From: Candidatus Pacearchaeota archaeon
GTDB taxonomy: Archaea > Nanobdellota > Nanobdellia > Pacearchaeales > GW2011-AR1
DNA: 64,000 bases
Direction: 5' to 3'
NCBI GenBank assembly: GCA_016866955.1
Contig: VGKT01000002.1
Location: 16,072-80,071 of the forward strand
The stretch's first letter is position 1; the number at the start of each line of letters is the position of its first letter. A program made the translations under genes and the position numbers. The notes beneath the pieces are model-generated. The model saw only the letters and a program-made list of their open reading frames with translations. It was not told the DNA's origin and made no database searches. Positions 1 to 9,553 of the stretch are shown piece after piece.

Positions 1-58
1 CTGTACTTTGGTAACTAATGCGCCCATCTTATTTTTAGAAATAACAATCTCTTAAACC

Positions 59-637
59 TTATGGCAATACACCAGTACCTAACGAAGGAGTAGTTGTTCC
101 TGCAGGAGCTTCATAATAGTCCTTTCCTTCAAAGCCAAATATACCTGCAAGTATATTTGCAGGGAAACGCTTGATGGCAGTGTTGTATGTTTTAATGAGT
201 TTGATCCATTCTCCTCGAGCAACAGTAATGCGATTAGCAGTACCTGCAAGTTCATCCATCAGTTGTGTATATTGTTTATTTGCTTGTAAGGTCGGATAAT
301 TTTCAGAAGTAGAAATAGCACGTACCAGAGCAACCACATCTGCATTCATTTGTACTCCTGCAACATCCTTGCCCGTTGCATCAGCTTCTAACCAACGAGT
401 ACGAGAAGCAGTTACTTTCTCCACAAAACTTGTTTCAACACGCGCAGCCGAAGCAACCGTACTTACCAAATTAGGAATGAGTTCTGCTTGACGAGTATAT
501 TGATTGTTAACTTCACTCCATGCTCCATTAATACCTTGATCAAGCCCCACAAAGCGATTATATCCTCCAATACCCCACATAATTACTAAAAGTGCAACAA
601 CTCCCACTCCAATCCAGACCATCGAACTCGTTTTCAT
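59..637 (-). CDS. lemA: LemA family membrane protein
   Basis: N-terminal TM helix followed by a conserved LemA-like region (GAWSEVNNQYTRQAELIPNLV...). Sits next to a TPM-domain gene, the usual LemA partner. Confidence 0.75.
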   Translation of the reverse strand: MKTSSMVWIGVGVVALLVIMWGIGGYNRFVGLDQGINGAWSEVNNQYTRQAELIPNLVSTVASAARVETSFVEKVTASRTRWLEADATGKDVAGVQMNADVVALVRAISTSENYPTLQANKQYTQLMDELAGTANRITVARGEWIKLIKTYNTAIKRFPANILAGIFGFEGKDYYEAPAGTTTPSLGTGVLP

Positions 638-677
638 ATACTAAGTATCTTTTCCCTCTTTATAAAACTAAGGGACA

Positions 678-1406
678 TCATCTTCCTGCCCCTCCCCCTC
701 CACTCATTCCTCCCCCAAAGCCACTAAATCCTCCTCCTCCGAATGAAGAATGTCCTCCCCGTCCTCCGAAAAAAACAGGGAACAAACCAAAACGTTTCTT
801 TCCCGGTCCATGTACTACATACCACCAGAACCAAATAAATAATCCTAGAATCACCAACAATACAAGCACTTCTCCAAATGTATCGATTGTCTCCTCGTTT
901 CTCTGTCCCGAACGAATTTCCTCAGTATTCAATACTAATTCATCAGCAATCGCTTCAGCAAAAGCAACAATTCCTTCTGAAATATTCCCCCCATCACGAG
1001 CAGGCACATAATAGTTATCAAGATACCTTCCCACTTTTCCATCAGGTAAAATACCTTCCAAGCCATAACCAACTTCAACTTCAATTCGTTTTTCAGTAAC
1101 ACTATACAAAATCAACAATCCATTGTTCTTATCTTTCTTACCAATTCCCCATTCGCGAAATAACTTCGTACGATACGCAGAGGGAACATCGGGAGCAGTC
1201 GTATTCACCGAAACAAACACCACTTCTGCAGTCGTATTCTGCTCGACAAGCGTAAAAAGCGCTTCCAAAGAAGCACGATCCCCTTGAGTAAGCACATCCC
1301 CATAATCATTCACCCACCCTGAATACGAAGGAGAGAGTGCGGATACAAAAATACATGACAAGAAGAAAAGAAAAACAAAAGTAACAAAGCGTTGCATACT
1401 GCACAA
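678..1406 (-). CDS. TPM (TLP18.3/Psb32/MOLO-1) domain protein with Gly-rich C-terminal tail
   Basis: Signal/TM N-terminus, TPM-like core (GWVNDYGDVL...LLILYSVTEKRIEVEVGYGLEG), C-terminal TM helix and GGGFSGFGGG tail. Typical LemA neighbour. Confidence 0.7.
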   Translation of the reverse strand: MCSMQRFVTFVFLFFLSCIFVSALSPSYSGWVNDYGDVLTQGDRASLEALFTLVEQNTTAEVVFVSVNTTAPDVPSAYRTKLFREWGIGKKDKNNGLLILYSVTEKRIEVEVGYGLEGILPDGKVGRYLDNYYVPARDGGNISEGIVAFAEAIADELVLNTEEIRSGQRNEETIDTFGEVLVLLVILGLFIWFWWYVVHGPGKKRFGLFPVFFGGRGGHSSFGGGGFSGFGGGMSGGGGAGR

Positions 1407-1429
1407 GAAAAAAGCTCAGTTAATAAGTA

Positions 1430-1930
1430 TTACCACACGATTGTTTTCAAGGGTAACTTCACATAAATAATTTCACGTAGTTCATATAATTCAAGTGTTG
1501 CTTCAACCTGATCAGCAAAATAACGCAATTGGTAATCCTTATCAGTCTTAGGATCAAATGCATCGATAGCCATTTCCTTAGTACTTCCATGATCCATCAA
1601 CACGGCATGAGCATCAATTTCAAGCTTCATCCCATTGACTATGAAGGTATTTCCTTTCTTCAATTGTGCAATAGGTTTACTCCCCTTAACTTCAACAGGT
1701 CCAGATTCAACTGATAAATCTCCCACTCCTCGCTCGATTTCATCAAGTTCATCATCAAGTTCTTCTACAATTTCTTCAGCCTTTTGTTTCTTCTTAGCTT
1801 TTACAGGTTTAGCAGGAGCATAATCCACCCCATCATCATCAGCAAAAGCATCATCTAACGAAGCACCCCCGGCATGTTTCTCACTTTCAGCAGAAGTTTT
1901 CGATTTCTTCACAGTTTTTCTGCTAGCCAT
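1430..1930 (-). CDS. hypothetical acidic protein
   Basis: 166-aa ORF with a highly acidic/Lys-rich N-terminal half and a structured C-terminal half. I recognise no family. Confidence 0.45.
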   Translation of the reverse strand: MASRKTVKKSKTSAESEKHAGGASLDDAFADDDGVDYAPAKPVKAKKKQKAEEIVEELDDELDEIERGVGDLSVESGPVEVKGSKPIAQLKKGNTFIVNGMKLEIDAHAVLMDHGSTKEMAIDAFDPKTDKDYQLRYFADQVEATLELYELREIIYVKLPLKTIVW

Positions 1931-1964
1931 ACCGAAGTATTAGAAAAGTGCTTTTTAAGGATTC

Positions 1965-2225
1965 CTACCATTCTTTCTTTTCAACTAACAGATACTCATC
2001 ATCATGCTTGGGAGCATTCTGAAACATTCTTTGACGAAACACTTCATCTGCTTTTTTCCCCATTCCTTCCTTTCGGACTCCAGAAGTCTGTGTTACGTTC
2101 CCCTCTTTTACTTTCGGAAGCTTCACCTTTGCCAATTGCTTTCCAAATGAAGTGAGTATCTTCTTCGCATCTTCTTGTGCTTGTGCTTGTAAGGTAACCA
2201 TCTCCATTCTAAAGAAAGCGAGCAT
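1965..2225 (-). CDS. hypothetical small protein
   Basis: 86-aa ORF upstream of the TrmB regulator. No recognisable motif. Confidence 0.3.
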   Translation of the reverse strand: MLAFFRMEMVTLQAQAQEDAKKILTSFGKQLAKVKLPKVKEGNVTQTSGVRKEGMGKKADEVFRQRMFQNAPKHDDEYLLVEKKEW

Positions 2226-2233
2226 AAAAAGGT

Positions 2234-2956
2234 TTAGTTTTTTAGAATAGGGGTGGCTTCCTTGTACGTAGCAAGAAAAAGCTTCTTCATAAGTTTTGCA
2301 AACGGTTTATCACGAATAAGTAAAGTAGCATCAGATTTAATCAATCCAATCATAACTTCTTTATCATCAATAATGGAAAGAGCGATTCCTTCATTTTCAA
2401 TTTGACGATAATTTTTTTCAACTGTAATCCATTTATCAACATTCTGTTTTGTTTCAACATCATAACGCGTTAATGTTTTCAAATCAACATTTCGTTTAAC
2501 ATCAGCATCATGTATTCGCACCCATTCAGGTTTAAAGTCTGCTTTCCATTTAACATAATAGGAATACTTTTTTGCAACAGGAAGCAGTTTAACCAGTGTA
2601 TGAAATCCTTTATCTCCAAATTCAACAATCACAGGATCAACAGCTCTTTCAGTATATAGTTTTTGCAAACGTTTAACACTTCCACGAAGTTGATTGAGAG
2701 AAGTAGTACGTTTTTCAATAAGCTCGGAAAGTTGTTGAGGAGAAGTAGGAGCATACTGTTTAGTAGGGGCAGGTATAACACTTACCAGCGTCTTATGAAC
2801 TAAACTCTCTAAGATATCATAAATGCGACTATACGAAACACCACTCTTCGCGCTCAATACACTCGCAGGTAAAGTTCCCTGCATCAATAACGTATGATAT
2901 ACCTTAGCTTCATTTTTTGTCAATCCTAATTCTTGCAAATCTTCAATATCAGTCAT
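2234..2956 (-). CDS. TrmB-family transcriptional regulator
   Basis: N-terminal wHTH (LGLTKNEAKVYHTLLMQGTLPASVLSAKSGVSYSRIYDILESL) and a C-terminal TrmB-like domain. Confidence 0.75.
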   Translation of the reverse strand: MTDIEDLQELGLTKNEAKVYHTLLMQGTLPASVLSAKSGVSYSRIYDILESLVHKTLVSVIPAPTKQYAPTSPQQLSELIEKRTTSLNQLRGSVKRLQKLYTERAVDPVIVEFGDKGFHTLVKLLPVAKKYSYYVKWKADFKPEWVRIHDADVKRNVDLKTLTRYDVETKQNVDKWITVEKNYRQIENEGIALSIIDDKEVMIGLIKSDATLLIRDKPFAKLMKKLFLATYKEATPILKN

Positions 2957-3049
2957 ATCTTGTGCTATTTTCTGTTCTTTTTATATCTTACTAATACCAC
3001 CCCAAATAGGGTGGCATAAGTTGAAATATCTATTTTTTACCAGAAGAAA

Positions 3050-3241
3050 ATGGAAAACGTACCTTATGAAGAAAGAATAAACCATGCAGAAAGAAGAGAA
3101 CTGCAAGATGCAGCAACAGCTATCCTTAGAGAAGCAGGATTAGAGTGGGATGGAAGACCAAGAAGCCCTAATCATAGCATGCAATATAGAGAACATCTTC
3201 TTACGCAAACAGGGGCATATTGTAGTTGGAGGAGAAAATAA
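3050..3241 (+). CDS. hypothetical small protein, first gene of the nucleotidyltransferase cassette
   Basis: 63-aa ORF ending immediately before the GGAGG ribosome-binding site of the NTase gene. No family recognised. Confidence 0.3.
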   Translation: MENVPYEERINHAERRELQDAATAILREAGLEWDGRPRSPNHSMQYREHLLTQTGAYCSWRRK

Positions 3242-3242
3242 A

Positions 3243-3953
3243 ATGAGTTATTCAGGGAATCCATTTGATTTTTTAGATAAAGAAAGCTTAGCTCTAACAA
3301 GAAAAGCAAACGAAGAATGGCAAAGAGAAGAATATGAAAAAGATAGAAGATCATTAAATGAAGGATGTAAAAGAAAGTTTATAAGAAATTTAAGGACTAA
3401 CGAAAGAAAAACGATAGAAGAAATAGTAAAGTACAGTGGAAAAATATACCCGAGAGGAGAAATATATGTTTTCGGCAGTGCAGTAAGAAAATATAATCAA
3501 CATCAAGATATAGATCTTCTCTTTAAAAATGAGTTTCTGAAAGAGTTACAAAAAAATAAGATAGAAGAATATGTAAATACAAAGCTCAAATTTAAAAGAA
3601 AGCCGCAAATGCTTTTTGAAACAATCGAGATAGATGTAAGTGATATGGAACCTCTGGCGCAAAAGTTAATGCCTTGGTACAATATTGATGGAAAAAATAA
3701 ACAAAAAAGAAGAGCAAGAATAGCTTCTCAAGGAAATAAAGAAACAGATAAACCCTATGTTCATGCAGGCTTTCGAGAAATTGGTTTCAAATTATGTATT
3801 GAAGGGGCCGAAGTACCAATTCATTGTATATTTACTGGAAGCTATTATACTTTAAGAAATATAGTTAGAACATCAAAAATACAACTAGAAAAAGGAATAA
3901 TTTCTGAAGGTCCATTTGGAATAGAATTAACAAATAGGGAAAAAATAAAATGA
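3243..3953 (+). CDS. minimal polymerase-beta-type nucleotidyltransferase
   Basis: GS...DxD signature (IYVFGSAVRKYNQHQDIDLLF) with downstream acidic EIDVSD. GGAGG 8 nt upstream of the ATG at 3243. The ORF-track start at 3150 is probably too far upstream. AT-rich. Confidence 0.6.
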   Translation: MSYSGNPFDFLDKESLALTRKANEEWQREEYEKDRRSLNEGCKRKFIRNLRTNERKTIEEIVKYSGKIYPRGEIYVFGSAVRKYNQHQDIDLLFKNEFLKELQKNKIEEYVNTKLKFKRKPQMLFETIEIDVSDMEPLAQKLMPWYNIDGKNKQKRRARIASQGNKETDKPYVHAGFREIGFKLCIEGAEVPIHCIFTGSYYTLRNIVRTSKIQLEKGIISEGPFGIELTNREKIK

Positions 3954-4693
3954 AAATTGCAGTCATTGGAGATCCGCATGGAGAAATTGAAAGAGTAAGA
4001 GAAATGCAATTGAAAGATATAAAAGCAATTATCATTAATGGAGATTTGGGAAAGTGCGATATTGCACGTAAACAAAAGTTTAGCAACTTAGAGAGAACAG
4101 CAAAAGGATTACCTGAAAGAATATATTCTGCTGAAGAAAGAGAAAGAGCATTTTTAGAGTCATATGAAACGGCCCTATCTTTAAGCAGATACTTGGCATC
4201 AATTGCTCAAACGTACACTATTTATGGAAATGTCGAAAATGTACATTCAAAAGAAAAAACAGAAGAACTTTCAAGCGAAATAGGGAAAAGGCTACCCTTA
4301 CTTGAAGAAGGATTATACAAAGAGGGATGCAAGGTCTTCAACAATGAAATACTTGAAGTAGCAGGCAAAAAGATAGGAGGATTAGAATATTTTACAGATA
4401 CTCTAGAAAACGAAAAAAGAGCACAAAAAATACTTGAACGTATGGAGAGAGTAGATCTATTAATCACGCATCAGCCCCCATATGGTTCATTAGATAAGCT
4501 GAGTAATCCAAATTTACCTGCCGAATTAAAAGGAAAAAGAGTAGGAAGTAGAGCAATACGAACATATATCGAAACTATGCAACCTGCCCAAGTCTTCTGT
4601 GGACACGTACACGAGGGTGAAGGAAAAGAAAAAATAGGAAAAACAGAGGTATATAATTTAGGATTCTGTGGATACAAAATTGTTGAAATATAA
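3950..4693 (+). CDS. calcineurin-like metallophosphoesterase
   Basis: Phosphoesterase motifs GDPHG, INGDLG, GNVEN, THQPP and GHVHEG. Start overlaps the NTase stop (ATGA), suggesting an operon. Confidence 0.8.
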   Translation: MKIAVIGDPHGEIERVREMQLKDIKAIIINGDLGKCDIARKQKFSNLERTAKGLPERIYSAEERERAFLESYETALSLSRYLASIAQTYTIYGNVENVHSKEKTEELSSEIGKRLPLLEEGLYKEGCKVFNNEILEVAGKKIGGLEYFTDTLENEKRAQKILERMERVDLLITHQPPYGSLDKLSNPNLPAELKGKRVGSRAIRTYIETMQPAQVFCGHVHEGEGKEKIGKTEVYNLGFCGYKIVEI

Positions 4694-4694
4694 A

Positions 4695-5522
4695 TCAGTA
4701 AAATTTCGTAGTGATTTTCTTTCCCTCTAGTTCCACAATCGCATACTGCCCTTCATGTATTGAACCAGGATTGATGCAGAGCGTTCTTCCGAGCAAAGTT
4801 TTCCCTCTTCCTTCATGAATATGTCCCCCGATATGCATCAACGGACGATAACGTTGAATAACCCGACGTATCAACTTTGAACCATAATGCTTTCCTCGTA
4901 CCGCAGGATGTGCTTTCATACTGATTTTGTCAAGAGCAGTGTTGAAAGGCACGTTATGACTCACAAAAATAAGGTGCTTGCCAGTAAAGCGAGCAAACAA
5001 ACGTTGCAACTTCATCCACGAAGCACGAAATGTCTTGCTGAGAGGTTTGCCTGGGTTTGTCCCTCCATAAGCCCCAATAAATACATACTTTCCAAACACA
5101 AAAGAACGATAATCAATTCGATGCACATTCTTTAATGAACGCATCCACAGTCCCACTATATCCCTCCATTCCCAGGCCCAATAGCGCTTCCCTTTTGGCT
5201 TTGCTATATCTTGGCTATCAGACGTAATATGATCAACATTTCCAAACACCGTCACAACAGGAACAGGCAACGCATCAAGCGCTTGTAATGCTCGTTCACC
5301 TTGAGCAACATCTCGCGTCACTAATTGCTTATATTTCTGCTTTCCAAGTACTTCCCATAATTCCCTGTCCTGCCCATAACAATAGTTAAACCACAATGTT
5401 CGATAAGCAAACGAACAATAATCCCCATTAGATACCACAAGAGCAATCTTTTGTTCATTGATAATACGTTTTAATTTCGCGGGAAACGTTCCATGAAAAT
5501 CCCCCAGGACAAGCAGTTTCAT
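4695..5522 (-). CDS. calcineurin-like metallophosphoesterase
   Basis: Motifs GDFHG, SNGDY, GNVDH and GHIHEG. Convergent with the preceding phosphoesterase. Confidence 0.8.
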   Translation of the reverse strand: MKLLVLGDFHGTFPAKLKRIINEQKIALVVSNGDYCSFAYRTLWFNYCYGQDRELWEVLGKQKYKQLVTRDVAQGERALQALDALPVPVVTVFGNVDHITSDSQDIAKPKGKRYWAWEWRDIVGLWMRSLKNVHRIDYRSFVFGKYVFIGAYGGTNPGKPLSKTFRASWMKLQRLFARFTGKHLIFVSHNVPFNTALDKISMKAHPAVRGKHYGSKLIRRVIQRYRPLMHIGGHIHEGRGKTLLGRTLCINPGSIHEGQYAIVELEGKKITTKFY

Positions 5523-5546
5523 AAAGAAAAAAAGAAGTATCTCCTT

Positions 5547-5789
5547 TTAACCCTTCTCTTCTCGATAATGCCAATACAAAGCCATCACTTCTTGATACTC
5601 TTGTTCTAATAATGCCAAAGCAGGGGTTCCCCCTGCTCGCACAATTTCTTGACTATAATATCGTCCCAAAGCCCGTTGCAAACGTAAAAAAGAAGAATCA
5701 GTCGGACAACGAACGCGTTCTCCTTCATCCTGAAGGGTGATTGCTAATATAAATGCTGCACGATCACGTGGTTCAGGAAAAAGACGCAA
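5547..5789 (-). CDS. hypothetical protein, possibly the C-terminal fragment of a disrupted gene
   Basis: 80-aa ORF with a TTG start and an in-frame stop just upstream. It lies 85 nt (a frame-breaking distance) downstream of the 174-aa ORF. Confidence 0.25.
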   Translation of the reverse strand: MRLFPEPRDRAAFILAITLQDEGERVRCPTDSSFLRLQRALGRYYSQEIVRAGGTPALALLEQEYQEVMALYWHYREEKG

Positions 5790-5874
5790 TACCTCTGCAA
5801 ATCCCTGACCACGTATGCTTCAATAAGATTCAGCTGACATTGTAATGAAAAACATAAAAAAGAACTTTATAAAA

Positions 5875-6399
5875 CTATATGGAAAAATCTTCAGGTAAAT
5901 CTTTGAATGCAGATTCCAATCGCACTCGTTTAAAATGATGACGATAACAAATTCCTCCAATAAATTCAGCAAGTCCTAAAAAATCATCAACAAGTCGCGC
6001 TTCATAAGGTCTAATGTCTTCACGCAAGGCAACTTTCTCAGGAAATTGAAGCAAATACGCTAAACGATACTGTTGAGGTACTGCAGTTTTCACAAAATCA
6101 GCGGCAAGTTCAGATTCAGTTGGTTCATGTCCTAATCGTTGTCCTAAAAAGAATTTTTCACGTTGTACCCAGGTAATTTGAAATTGATTATAATGTGTAA
6201 ATGCAAGCATAGTAACTCCTGAACCAATACGTTTTTGATGAAAATTGGCCACATTCATAATCAGTCCTATTTGCCAAAGTTCATGAGGAGAAGTAATAAT
6301 ACGTCGATGAGCCTCTGTCAATGCTTCACCAGACCGATACGCTTCAAAAGATAAATCAGGATTAACTAAATGTAAATGAGCAGGACGAGGAACTTCCAT
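5875..6399 (-). CDS. hypothetical protein
   Basis: 174-aa ORF. No family recognised. May have been contiguous with 5547-5789. Confidence 0.45.
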   Translation of the reverse strand: MEVPRPAHLHLVNPDLSFEAYRSGEALTEAHRRIITSPHELWQIGLIMNVANFHQKRIGSGVTMLAFTHYNQFQITWVQREKFFLGQRLGHEPTESELAADFVKTAVPQQYRLAYLLQFPEKVALREDIRPYEARLVDDFLGLAEFIGGICYRHHFKRVRLESAFKDLPEDFSI

Positions 6400-6430
6400 A
6401 AAATAAAAATTAAATCTTACCTTAAAAGAA

Positions 6431-7741
6431 TTACGGTGTTAATCGATCTCGATCTCGAGGAAACATCGTTGCTTCTCGAATATTATCCAATCCGCATACT
6501 AATTGCGTCATACGTTCAAGTCCGATACTCCATCCTGCATGTGGTGGTGCTCCATATTTGAAACTTTCAATATAATCAGTAAAATCTTTTGGATTCAGTT
6601 TCTTTACTTTCAAACGTGTCAGCAATAAAGTGGGCAAATGAATACGCTGTCCTCCAGAGGTAATTTCAAGTCCTTTGTAAATACAATCAAATCCTTCACT
6701 TAATTCAGCCTTAGCATCTTCTCCCTTGGGCATTAAATAAAAAGCACGAAGAGATAATGGCCACGAATGTACAAATACCATATCATCAGGATAGAGTTCT
6801 CCCAATTTCTTTTCAGCTTCAGGAGATAAATCTTCTCCATAAGCAATTTTTATCTTATGTTTCTTCAAAAGAGCAATTGTTTCTTCATAGGAAAAGTAAT
6901 GCGCCTGAGGAACCTTGAGTGTTACTCCAAGTAAAGCAAGATCGGCCGCATTCTGTTTCAACACTTCCTCAATCATATGTTTCAAAACTTCTTCTTCATG
7001 TTTCATAATACTCATTTGATTTTCAAATGCAGCTTCAATATCCATTTGACGAATTTCATTGATATGCCGTACCGTATTATGTTTCTCAGCACGCCAAACT
7101 GGAGTCACCATAAACACTTTTTCAACACTACAAGCAAGCATTTGTTTATACAACTGAGGACTTTGTGCTAAACAACCTTGTTTCTCAAAATACTGTACTT
7201 TAAACAAATCGGCTCCCCCTTCAGAAGCGGCAGAGATAACGCAAGGAGGTTGCATCTCCAGGAATCCTTTTCCTGCAAAATGTGCACGGAATGCTTGTAA
7301 TAAGGTATGTTGAATCTTAAAGATCGCTTGAGTTTTTCTTCGATGAAAATCAAGAAATCGAGTATCAAGACGTTTAGGTAATTCAGTTTTAGAAAAATCA
7401 CTGACATCAATAGGCAAAGGATTCTCCGCTCCATGTACCACAACAAGAGAGGTGGGGGCAAGTTCTCTTCCACCAGGAGCTTTCGGAGCTTTTTTTACAA
7501 TCCCTTTCAACAAAACAACACTCTCTCGATTAACTTTGCCCATCGTATCAAATACACTCGCATCAGTTTCTCCTTTAAACCCAGTCACTTGAATTTCTCC
7601 GGAAATATCACGTACAACAGCAAACCGTAATTTACCTAATTCTCTACTATCATACCACCATCCTGCAAGCGTTACTTCTTTCCCTTCATCTTTAGAACTA
7701 ACATCTGCAATCAATACGCGCTTCTCAAATGAAACTGCCAT
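6431..7741 (-). CDS. aspS: aspartyl-tRNA synthetase (archaeal type)
   Basis: N-terminal OB-fold anticodon-binding domain, class II core and terminal motif 3 GLERMTQLVCGLDNIREATMFPRDRDRLTP. Confidence 0.9.
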   Translation of the reverse strand: MAVSFEKRVLIADVSSKDEGKEVTLAGWWYDSRELGKLRFAVVRDISGEIQVTGFKGETDASVFDTMGKVNRESVVLLKGIVKKAPKAPGGRELAPTSLVVVHGAENPLPIDVSDFSKTELPKRLDTRFLDFHRRKTQAIFKIQHTLLQAFRAHFAGKGFLEMQPPCVISAASEGGADLFKVQYFEKQGCLAQSPQLYKQMLACSVEKVFMVTPVWRAEKHNTVRHINEIRQMDIEAAFENQMSIMKHEEEVLKHMIEEVLKQNAADLALLGVTLKVPQAHYFSYEETIALLKKHKIKIAYGEDLSPEAEKKLGELYPDDMVFVHSWPLSLRAFYLMPKGEDAKAELSEGFDCIYKGLEITSGGQRIHLPTLLLTRLKVKKLNPKDFTDYIESFKYGAPPHAGWSIGLERMTQLVCGLDNIREATMFPRDRDRLTP

Positions 7742-7775
7742 AACTCTTCTTAGAACAACCCCGTTTTAAGCATTC

Positions 7776-8066
7776 CTATTCGCATAAAACAATGTTCTCT
7801 GCACGAGGATCATTCCAAATTTCAGAGAATTGGGTAAGATTCGAAACAGGTACCAAAGAAACAACTTTTCCTTGTTCACAATGCACCAGCACATCAATAC
7901 ACTGGTGCTGGTCATTACAAATAGCAGTTGTCCAGGTATATGTTTTTTCAGACTCAATAGTACCAACTACTTGACCCGTCACACTTCCCTGACCTAAAAA
8001 ATACCCTCCACCAAAGGCCCCCACTATAAGTAAAAGTGCTCCCCAGATAAATAATTTCATCATCAT
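7776..8066 (-). CDS. small secreted/membrane-anchored hypothetical protein
   Basis: N-terminal TM/signal (MMMKLFIWGALLLIVGAF) and 4 Cys. Overlaps the gatE stop by 4 nt. Confidence 0.4.
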   Translation of the reverse strand: MMMKLFIWGALLLIVGAFGGGYFLGQGSVTGQVVGTIESEKTYTWTTAICNDQHQCIDVLVHCEQGKVVSLVPVSNLTQFSEIWNDPRAENIVLCE

Positions 8067-9493
8067 CCAACCACCTTCTGCAAAATATCCATTGTTTTTT
8101 TCTTATCAATACCAGTACCAAGTTTTCCAATCACCAATCCCATATAGGCATTCGCTCGTAATCCCGGTTTTTCAGCAACAAGAGCACGGATAGTTTGTTC
8201 AAGTGCATTCTCATCAAGTCCAGGAGCAGGTAAAGAAGATGAAACACTCTTTCCCTCAACAACACTCTTCAATACTCCTTTAACGTGCCCTTCTGCAAGG
8301 CGTCCTGAAGCAACATATTCCAAAATCTCATCATAAATCGCTTCAGTCAACACTGAAGCACGTTCATCAGCAGTCATATGTGCTTTTGTTCCCACTTCTT
8401 GTGTCCACAACGTAATTAATTTAGCAGTTAATACAGGAGATACCGCATGTCGTTTTACAAGTGTAGTATACAATGGCACATACCCATCCAACACCAGAGT
8501 AACAAGATCCGAAGAGAGCCCTTGTTTCAAAAGATCTTGTCGAATATCGTGTTGTAAACGAGGAAGGGATTTCTTAAGTCCATCAAGTCGTTCTTTAGAA
8601 ATATACAACAAAGGGAGATCAGTTTCAGGATACATGCGTGCTTTCCCGGGCATTGGACGAAGAAACTTTGTTGTCCCATCAGGTAACGCCTGACGAACTT
8701 GACTAGCCCCTTGTTTCTCACTTTGCTGTCGAGCAATTTCAGTCAGAATCGTCTGTTCCATCATCGCCACATCTTGAAATCCTTTTACTTCGACACGAGG
8801 ATGTCCCGGACTACTGATGTTCACATCCTGACGAATCGTTCCAATTCCTCGTTTCACCTTACATGCACGAAGAATCTCCCCCAATTTCAATGCAGTTTCC
8901 TTTACCTGTACAGGAGTTGTCAAAGTAGGAGCAGTAGCAATTTCAACCAAAGGAATTCCTAAACGATCAAGACGATACACTACTTCTTTTCCTGATTTTT
9001 CTGAAACTAAGCGCGCAGAATCCTCTTCCAAACATACTGTGTCAATAGGTACCTTTCCAAACGAAGTTTCAATATAACCATTACGCGCCAATACAACCGT
9101 ACGCTGAAAACCAGAAGTATTCGAACCATCAATCACCAACTTTCGCATAATCTGTGTATGCTGATACACTTCACAATTGAGCAATAACGCCACACGTAAC
9201 GCCTCATCCAAAGCAGCAGGAGAAATAAGATGCGGAGGTTCTTCATCTAATTCAACTAAACAAGTCGAATCATGATATCCCTCGTACACAAACGTCTTCT
9301 CTTTCCCCGCTTCATGCTGCACAGCAACATCAACCTCCCCCGTCTCTCCAGCAATAGCATGCAACTTTCGTGTCACCCGCACGTCACCAGCATCTTGCCG
9401 TAAATAGCCCGGACACGCACAAAACAGTTTCCCTGTGTCTAATTGCTGATGTATCTCAAGTCCTGCCTTAAAACCGAGTGTTGGGGAGCGCAT
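8063..9493 (-). CDS. gatE: Glu-tRNA(Gln) amidotransferase subunit E (GatE-like, short form)
   Basis: GatB/GatE-family N-terminus (GLEIHQQLDTGKLFCACPGY...) with the GatE-characteristic YEGYHDSTCLVELDEEPP segment. At 476 aa it is shorter than typical GatE. Confidence 0.75.
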   Translation of the reverse strand: MRSPTLGFKAGLEIHQQLDTGKLFCACPGYLRQDAGDVRVTRKLHAIAGETGEVDVAVQHEAGKEKTFVYEGYHDSTCLVELDEEPPHLISPAALDEALRVALLLNCEVYQHTQIMRKLVIDGSNTSGFQRTVVLARNGYIETSFGKVPIDTVCLEEDSARLVSEKSGKEVVYRLDRLGIPLVEIATAPTLTTPVQVKETALKLGEILRACKVKRGIGTIRQDVNISSPGHPRVEVKGFQDVAMMEQTILTEIARQQSEKQGASQVRQALPDGTTKFLRPMPGKARMYPETDLPLLYISKERLDGLKKSLPRLQHDIRQDLLKQGLSSDLVTLVLDGYVPLYTTLVKRHAVSPVLTAKLITLWTQEVGTKAHMTADERASVLTEAIYDEILEYVASGRLAEGHVKGVLKSVVEGKSVSSSLPAPGLDENALEQTIRALVAEKPGLRANAYMGLVIGKLGTGIDKKKTMDILQKVVG

Positions 9494-9510
9494 ATAAAAG
9501 AAGATAAAAA

Positions 9511-9528
9511 GAGATTATAAAAAACTAC
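9511..9528 (-). promoter_or_regulatory. conserved gat promoter element (BRE/TATA) upstream of gatE
   Basis: GAGATTATAAAAAACTAC. The TATA box ends 23 nt before the ATG. Near-identical copies lie upstream of gatD and gatB. Confidence 0.6.
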
Positions 9529-9553
9529 TGGCTAGAAAGTAAAGAAAGGAAAT

